Assembly: GCA_051294375.1 (NCBI GenBank)
Contig: JBJCIZ010001457.1
Span: forward strand, 1 to 15,429
Origin: Paraspadella gotoi
Taxonomy: Eukaryota; Animalia; Chaetognatha
Direction: 5' to 3'
DNA: 15,429 nt
In this document: positions 9,100-15,429 of the stretch, one piece after another
Layout of the letters: the number at the start of each line of letters is the position of its first letter
Numbering within the stretch: the first letter of the stretch is position 1
Notes under the pieces: generated by a model
Database searches by the model: none
The model's input: the letters and a program-made list of their open reading frames with translations, nothing else
What the model was told of the DNA's origin: nothing
Made by a program: the position numbers and the translations under genes

Positions 9100-12000
9100 G
9101 TTTCACCGGCCGCCAATGATCTCATCTACATTCGCGAGCCGGGAATGAACCAAATGCTAGTTGATGGAGGCGCTCTGTTATCGATCATTCCTCCGACAAA
9201 GCAACGCGCACGTAACGGACCCGACCAAATGATGAAGCTCCAGGCAGCTAACGGGTCAAGCTATAGATTGCTATGGCACTATAGAAAAAACTGTGCAACT
9301 CGGAGACCGAAAAATTCGATATACATTCGTGGTAGCGGATGTTAAACAAACATTCTCGGAGCAGACTTTTTGGCAGAAATTATCTTGCCCCTAATACCGA
9401 GATGGCCTCCTTGATAGACCTGCGCAACTACTTACTATAGCAGCATCAACGTCAACTGAATCGGCAGCTCATGTAAACTTTGTAGATCGCAAAGGGGAAA
9501 AATACTATAAGCTTTTGGAATCATTCCCATCACTATCGACGCCTACCTTCGAGATGAAGGAACCAAAGCATGGAGTCACTCACTCCATCCCGACTGAGGG
9601 ACGTCCATGCAGGCACCGCGCGCGTCGTTTGACGCAGAAAAACTTGCAGTGCCAAAAGGGAATTAGAAAAATGGTTTCCCTGGGAATCGCTCCAAGGGGA
9701 AAATCAGAGTGGTCGTCACCTCCACGTCGTGGCTAAGCCCGACGGTGGATGGAGGTGTTGTGGCGACTACAGACGCCTGAATGCCCAGACTGTAGAGGAC
9801 CGATATCCTGTCAAACTACTCACGGATTTTAATTCCAGTTGGAAGGCAAAACAATATTCTCGAAGATAGATTTGTTGAAAGCTATCATCAAATCCCGGTA
9901 AACCCACGAGGATATAAAAAAAACCGCTGTGATAACGCCTTTCGGGTTGTATGTCTTCCCTCGTTGCCCATTTGGGCTTAAAGAATGCCTGGTCAAGATT
10001 TCCAGCGGCTAATGGACCAGATTCTTGGAGACATACCCACACATTTGTCTATCTCGACGACATCCTCCGTCGCGTCAAACAACTCCAGAGGAGCACTTAC
10101 AAGACCTAGACGCGTCTTCAAGGCGTTGGACGAGAATGGTCTGGTCGTGAATACGAAAAAGTGTCTCCTAGGCCAAGATCACTGGAGTTTTTAGGATTCT
10201 CGTTGACAAGAACGGCGTCAGGCCTTTACCCGAGCGAGTCAGAACTCTCCAAGAAACTACTCGCCCAACATCGATCAAGGAATACAGCGATTCCTTGGTA
10301 TGATCAATTATTATCGAGATTCATACCGAGGGTCGCTCATCGATGTTCACCCTTGACGAGGCGATCTTAGTGGCAAACCCGAAATCACTGACATGGACAG
10401 AAGACTGCGAGAAGGCATTTACCGCCATAAAAAAGAAGGCTTGATATCCGCAGCTTTATTGCATCATCCACGCACTGGAGCGCAACTATGCGTCACCACA
10501 GACGCCTCAGACAACGCCGTAGGCGCAGTGCTGGAACAGAGAGGACCCAAGGGTTGGAAACCCTTGGCGTTCTTTTCGCAAAACTGGGCGAAAAATCAGA
10601 ACTCTGGCCTCCCTTTGATCGGGAGCTTTATGGGCTTTCGTGCAGTTAGGCATTTTCGCACTGGATTGAAGGCCGAGCTTCTTACGCTCTATACAGACCA
10701 ATCAGAGTCTGGTTTCCGCTATCCGAAAAAAAATCAGAACCTCAGACATGTCGACAAGCGTATCAACTCTCAGCTATAGCGGAGTTCACCACTGACGTTC
10801 GTTATTTAAAAGGAAAAGCAAACGTAGTGGCCGACGCTTTGTCCAGACCGCAATAACGTGACAGAAACTTCTCAACCGAAGAATCGCGAGTAAAACGGAA
10901 GTAGAGCTACTCAACGTCGACCAAGAGCAGCTACCACGCCTAAAAACCATCTCCGTCGAAACAGAAGCCAAAAAACGAAACTGAGGCTATCAATCACTGC
11001 CAAATAGCAGCTCCACTGAGCGAAAAATAAGCGTCCGCGACTCGAAAACGGAAACCCAAGCATCAACCAAGCCGACTGGAGGACGCCAACGCAGTTTTGG
11101 GCATTCTCACAAGCTACGACATCGACTTCGAGCAGATGGACACGCGAACAAGTATTAGACAGCGACTTTCAGAAGATATCAGATGATGCAAGAACCGGAC
11201 TGAATTTCATGAAAAATAGAGTCGGCGAGCACGATTTATTAGCCGACGTTTACACCACGGGCCTATTGTTCAACAGGTCAAGAGTTCGACAATTCGCTGG
11301 CACCAACCCGGCCACCTCTCCGCCAAGCTCCCACACCTCTCCGCACCGCCTCGCCCCCCCCCCCCCACATCACCCTCGTCCCCCGCCCCCCTGCCCCCCC
11401 CTTTACGCCCCACACGACCCCACTCCGCCCGGGCCCTCCCCCCCCTCCCACCCCCCCTCGTACCCCAGCCTCCCACTCACCCCTTCCGGACCCCCCCCCC
11501 GCCGCCGTCGCACCCCCGACTCCCCGTCCCCCACCGCCGCCCCCCCCCCCAACCCCCCCAACCCCTCGCCCGCCACCCGCCCCCTCTCCCCCGACCCCCG
11601 CCTCGCCCCTCCCGCCCCTACCCCACCGCCGGACTCCGCACGCCACCCACGCCCGCCCCACCCCCCCCGCCCACCCCCCCCCCACCAGCACCCCCCGACC
11701 TCTCCCCCCCCCACCCCCCCCGCCCCCAGCCCGCCACCCCTCCCCGCCCGCCTCACACCAACCCCCCTCCCCGTCACAAGCTGGTCTGTGTTGACGAATA
11801 TGCATCAAGACGTGACAAAATGGACGCGCGATTGTCTGGCTTGCCAAAAGGCAAAAACCACTCGTCACTGCACTACTGAAATCGGAGATTTCAAAATTTC
11901 CAGCCCGTCGATTTTCAGCATTTGAATTTAGAACTTGGTAAAAATGCCAAAATTCAAATGGCTTCTCTTACCGCTAACTATCGTCGATAGATTTTCCCGT

Positions 12001-12720
12001 TGGCCCACGGCGATTCCTATCCAAATACAACTCACCCCGACGATCCTCGATGCGCTTAGTCTAAATTGGATCAGCGTCTTTGGAACTCCACGCGGTGAAT
12101 CAACAACGGATAGAGGCACCCGTTTATGTCGAACTTAATGCAACAACTAACTAAAGCTGGGGCAATCAAAGCACTCGACAACTACTGCCTTAACCATCCA
12201 CAAGCAAATGGCCTCGTCGAGCAAAAAAATTTTTCATGACGCTTAAAAGATCTCTGAATGGCATTGAGAAAAGACGAGCGAGAAAACTGGTTTTGGAAAT
12301 GCTTTAACTTGTTAGCAATATGCACGACAGTGAAAGAAGACGTCAAGAGCTTTCAGCCGCCGAGTTTAAGTATTCGGCGAGGGCTATCGGCGTCCCCGGC
12401 ACTCTGCTAGGGCGAAATGTCAGCTAAACGACAACATCACGAAATCAACAACGCGAAAAAATCTGATCAAAAACTTCGACTGGAGGTAGCTTCGCCTCCA
12501 ATCACAGCAACGTCTGCTCACCCGAAAGCCACCAGTTTCATCTTCCTCGAATCTCGATTCAGCTAAATATGTTTTATTCGACGAGCTGGCGTCCATCCTT
12601 CTTTAGTTCCTCCGTATGAAGGACCTTTTCGCGTTGTGAATCGAAACGGAATTAAATATGACCGTTGAACATACCAAGCCATCGGCAAGAAACTATTAAT
12701 ATAGCTCGGACTTAAGCAGC
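9100..12720 (+). pseudogene. pol: Pol polyprotein (aspartic protease, RT, RNase H, integrase), frameshifted
   Basis: LVDGGALLSIIP, LQAANG, ILGADFL; SEWSSP, GWRCCGDYRRLNAQTVEDRYP, FSKIDL-KAYHQIP, KTAVITPFGLY, PFGLKN, YLDD (10050-10061); TTDASDNAVGAVLEQ, WKPLAFFS, GKANVVADALSR; H..PG...CLACQKAK, LTIVDRFSRWP, WISVFGTP..TTDRG, HPQANGLVE, PPYEGPFRVV (~12609-12638). Confidence 0.93.
11330..11775. repeat. C-rich low-complexity tract interrupting the integrase zinc finger (probable read/assembly artefact)
   Basis: Aperiodic poly-C runs between the H..PG half (~11290-11312) and the W-NM--DV--W---C--CQ half (~11780-11850) of the HHCC domain. Confidence 0.7.
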
Positions 12721-13580
12721 TTGGATTAGCGACGACGACAACGACGACGAATGGAGATCGATAATCCAGAGGCCGTCCCAGAGAGGAGACCAGTCGTCGA
12801 CCTGGATTTCGAACAAGAAAAGCGGCCCCGACAGATCGACAAACTCGAATCGATGAATCAGCGCGCAGCTTCGCCGTCGGCCTTCTCGTTCTCCTCCTCC
12901 TCTTCTCCTCCTCCTCGTATCCCCTCCTCAAGACTAAAACCAAACCTCCCCAAAACACCCCCAGCCCCTCCCCAACACCCCCCCATCCCCATTATGTTCT
13001 TTGTTGCCTTCTTCCCATTCTTCCAGCCTCAACGCGAAGAGACTCAACCGCGAAGGAAAAGAAACAACAACAACAACGATGATCGCGAAAACAAGCGAGA
13101 TGAGCCCAACGTGTAGGTTTTCCGACAACGGCAAGAGACTTTTCCAACAACACCCTCAACGCCCACATACGCGGTAGTTCTCAAAGAATTGATCCTTCGG
13201 CAAAAGGGGAAAACAACAACAAGCGGAGGAAGAAAACAAAACAAAATACCGTTACAGCCTAACGCCAAACTGCCGAGCCTTGTAATTTACCCATCTCCTC
13301 CATCAGCGTCCTCGGCGACGACTCCGACAGTTGACACCCACCTTATTTCATTACAACTTATAAAATTTTAGAAATTTTGTTTGTAAATATTACAAAGATT
13401 TTTGAATTTAGATTTTGGAGTCACTTTGAAGTCAATTTTGCAATTTTATTTACCCGTTTTTACAAACCGGAAATATTAATTTTCACAACATACTTTCAAA
13501 CATTGGCCGACAACATACTATTTAATTTTTGCAGATTATGTTTGATGAATATATTAGACCATATATTAATTCACAGGGGA

Positions 13581-13795
13581 TGTAGCGATCACTTTAACTC
13601 AGAACGCTAATCTTTTGTTTTCAAATGGTTTAACCATCGTTCATCATGGGACTCTCGATTGAATCTTTTCTAAACTTGTTTTCTCTGTTTACTTTAATGA
13701 TTGTTAACTGAATGATTTTCAAAGTCTTGATTTTTGCTATCTTGAAATAATAATCGACGATCTTGAAATTAAATATTCTTATTCATTTTACTACA
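13581..13795 (+). repeat. Candidate 3' LTR of the Gypsy element
   Basis: Short purine tract AGGGGA (13575-13580), then TGTAG...CTACA inverted termini, with ATTAAA at 13768-13773. No second copy is visible to confirm it. Confidence 0.5.
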
Positions 13796-14149
13796 AAAAA
13801 CGTTTTTATTTCTTCATCCTCAATGTATGAGTTACATTATAAGATAGATGAAACAAATAAGTGAATCGAATCAAGTATTGTTATAACCATAACTAATGTA
13901 AACAAATAAACAATCAATTCTTCAATTGATTCAAAACTCAAGTCATTACAATCAATGTAAATAAACTGAATCAAACAATCGATATTTAACGCCAAATGAA
14001 TTCCCTGCAACGTCGCCATGAAAGATCTTTCAATATTGCAACGTCTTAGGACTCTAACGTTACAGTGCCAGGTACTTGTCACGCTGTTGCTGGCCTCAGT
14101 CACGCAGGCCACTGATGAACGGTTTGGTCGATTTTAGTCCACGCATACA

Positions 14150-14162
14150 TCCCCCCTCCTTA
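14150..14162 (-). promoter_or_regulatory. Polypurine tract
   Basis: Minus strand TAAGGAGGGGGGA immediately precedes TG and the LTR-tip homology. Confidence 0.75.
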
Positions 14163-14191
14163 GGGAGAAGTCTGTTGCGTCTCTTCAGTGA

Positions 14192-14300
14192 ATTGTTGTT
14201 GGTGGAAAGTGCGTCCACCAAGTTGAGGCATGTCGCCTGATGTGTTGTGGGCGGAAAGTGCATCGCCAGGTTGAAGGCATGTTCGCTGAAAGTGTTGTTG
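14192..14300 (+). repeat. ~50 bp imperfect tandem duplication in the TRIM interior
   Basis: TGTTGTTGGTGGAAAGTGCGTCCACCAAGTTGAGGCATGTCGCCTGA followed by TGTGTTGTGGGCGGAAAGTGCATCGCCAGGTTGAAGGCATGTTCGCTGA. Confidence 0.8.
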
Positions 14301-14317
14301 TGCTGTTGTGTTCGGAA

Positions 14318-14330
14318 GTCGGGCTCACCA
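14318..14330 (-). promoter_or_regulatory. Primer binding site, tRNA-Trp-like
   Basis: Plus strand GTCGGGCTCACCA matches the animal tRNA-Trp 3' end ...GTCGGGGTCACCA at 12/13 positions, 1 nt from the LTR's CA end. Confidence 0.75.
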
Positions 14331-14460
14331 ATGAAGAACAGTAATTATTGATAAGTGTTAATGAAAGAACCATTCAATAATAAGCAGTCCCTAAGCTTCG
14401 GATCAGCTGTAAACACCATGTTACAGGCGGGTTAAGCGCCCCGTCCTCTTAACTGCCACG

Positions 14461-14531
14461 ACGACCACCGGGCTAGAACCCCGGACCTTTGGGTTGGGAG
14501 GCAAATGACTTGCCTCCGGCACCAATGCCGC
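14461..14531 (-). pseudogene. tRNA-derived cassette inside the LTR (Gly-CCC-like anticodon position); homologues at ~6551-6620 and ~8505-8574
   Basis: A-box TGGTGC(C/A)GGAGG and B-box-like GGTTCTAGCC with T8-to-G53 offset of 45 nt; C32-T33-CCC-A37-A38 in the anticodon position; CCGGG-GTTCTAG-CCCGG T-arm-like hairpin; consensus CGGCCAT/GTGGTCG acceptor-like pairing. D and anticodon stems are decayed. Confidence 0.7.
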
Positions 14532-14719
14532 TGATGAACGGTTGGTGGATTTTAGTCGCACCAATAAGCATGCTTGTAAAATCAGACAAGCAATTAATTT
14601 TATGTGACAAACAATTTACATTTTCTTTATCAAAAAACTTTTAAGTTTACTAGAGTAACAATTTAGCTTTTTTTCTTTCAGAATCATTAAAAAGAATTTA
14701 ATTTTTATTAATTCTTATT

Positions 14720-15030
14720 AGATATGCATGTAGTTTCGCCGTTTGTGGCATCATCCTATATATTTTTATATCGATCGATAGGAAATGATGTCAATATTGC
14801 GCATGCAAAATTTCAAGTCAATCGGCCGACGCGTTTAGAAATGGCAGGCAAAAACCCGCCATTTTTTCATACCTCTTCGCAAAACAGATTCGCGATCGAA
14901 AAATAATTTTTTTGGTTCCACTAAACGTTTGAACTAGCGCTCGCTTCGTAGTTCTTTTTATTTAAGCCGCGAACGATCGAGCGGAGAAGGCGGTAATCTA
15001 AAAATGCGCGTTCGGGTCCTCATAAATAAA
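14720..15030. mobile_element. Probable non-autonomous DNA transposon/Helitron-type fragment
   Basis: CpG-rich block containing TGCAAAATTTCAAGTCAATCGG, a motif I associate with invertebrate non-autonomous DNA elements. No termini identified. Confidence 0.3.
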
Positions 15031-15131
15031 TAAAAAGTCTGATAACATGGGAGAATGAAGTCAATTTAAAACGAATTTAATATAAATGAATTCGCAGATT
15101 TTCATAAATGGTACTGAACAACTGATCAATT

Positions 15132-15429
15132 CTAATTTTTTTGTGGACAATAGGCATGGGCTCTTTCTAACTCACTATTTAAGCAGACATTTTTGTTGGA
15201 AACCCGATCCCACCCCAACAAGCGTTCTATTGGTGATACATTAGTGTAAACAGTATTAATCGCAATGTTATTGATAATACTATCAAATAATGAGTTAGTT
15301 TTTATAATTCGTTTTGTTCTTTGTACAGATATATTTTGTACGTATTCAGTAAGTGGGATCATGCTTGCTGCATTCAAGGCAATATTTTAATCTATATGAA
15401 TAGGAAACTTATGAAAGACTTTAATTGCT
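15132..15429 (-). pseudogene. Possible 3' end of a non-LTR (Jockey/I-group-like) ORF2
   Basis: Minus frame AIKVFHKFPIHID*NIALNAASMIPLTEYVQNISVQRTKR loosely resembles the post-RT region of LINE ORF2; runs off the window edge. Confidence 0.3.

Larger units (their letters stand above)
8859..13795 (+). mobile_element. Ty3/Gypsy LTR retrotransposon, CsRn1 clade, 5' end lost in the gap
   Basis: Domain order gag-PR-RT-RH-IN with a C-terminal GPF/Y motif; C-X2-H-X9-C-X3-C gag knuckle characteristic of the CsRn1 clade. The right boundary depends on the candidate LTR at 13581-13795. Confidence 0.85.
14107..14566 (-). mobile_element. Miniature non-autonomous LTR element (TRIM): tRNA-containing 5' LTR, PBS, short internal region, PPT, start of 3' LTR
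   Basis: Minus strand: LTR 14566-14332 ending CTTCA, 1 nt spacer, PBS TGGTGAGCCCGAC (14330-14318), non-coding interior, PPT TAAGGAGGGGGGA (14162-14150), then TG-TATGCGTGGACTAAAATCGACCAAACCGTTCATCAGTGGCC, which repeats the LTR's first ~40 nt. Confidence 0.8.

Noticed and set aside
11209-11925. Long Pro-rich (+) and Gly-rich (-) ORFs and apparent G-quadruplex array
   Set aside because: Products of an aperiodic poly-C tract splitting the integrase HHCC domain; most likely low-quality long-read sequence. A similar patch lies at ~12885-12990.
1-15429. CRISPR array or prokaryotic defence system
   Set aside because: No regularly spaced repeat-spacer units or operon-like gene density; composition and content are eukaryotic transposon DNA.

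Overview
AT-rich eukaryotic (probably invertebrate) non-genic DNA from an indel-rich assembly, made almost entirely of retroelements; no host gene is recognisable. (1) 1012-5949: a complete Penelope-like element (PLE) insertion bounded by an 11-12 bp target-site duplication (TSD). It has a ~575 bp spacer-less inverted pLTR pair, a frameshifted RT + GIY-YIG ORF and a 3' direct pLTR, with minimal hammerhead ribozymes in the pLTRs. (2) 8859-~13795, after an N gap: a frameshifted CsRn1-clade Ty3/Gypsy element with a CHCC gag knuckle, a -1 frameshift signal, PR-RT-RH-IN and a candidate 3' LTR. (3) A ~237 bp repeat at 6416-6654, 8461-8607 and 14332-14566, plus a 41 bp tip at 14107-14147. It behaves as an LTR (solo copy with TSD; tRNA-Trp PBS, ~180 bp internal region and PPT at 14150-14331) but carries a tRNA-like Pol III cassette, i.e. 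a Helenus/Cassandra-like miniature non-autonomous LTR retrotransposon, plausibly mobilised by CsRn1-type Gypsy machinery. Most ORFs in the supplied track are spurious or are fragments of these elements.
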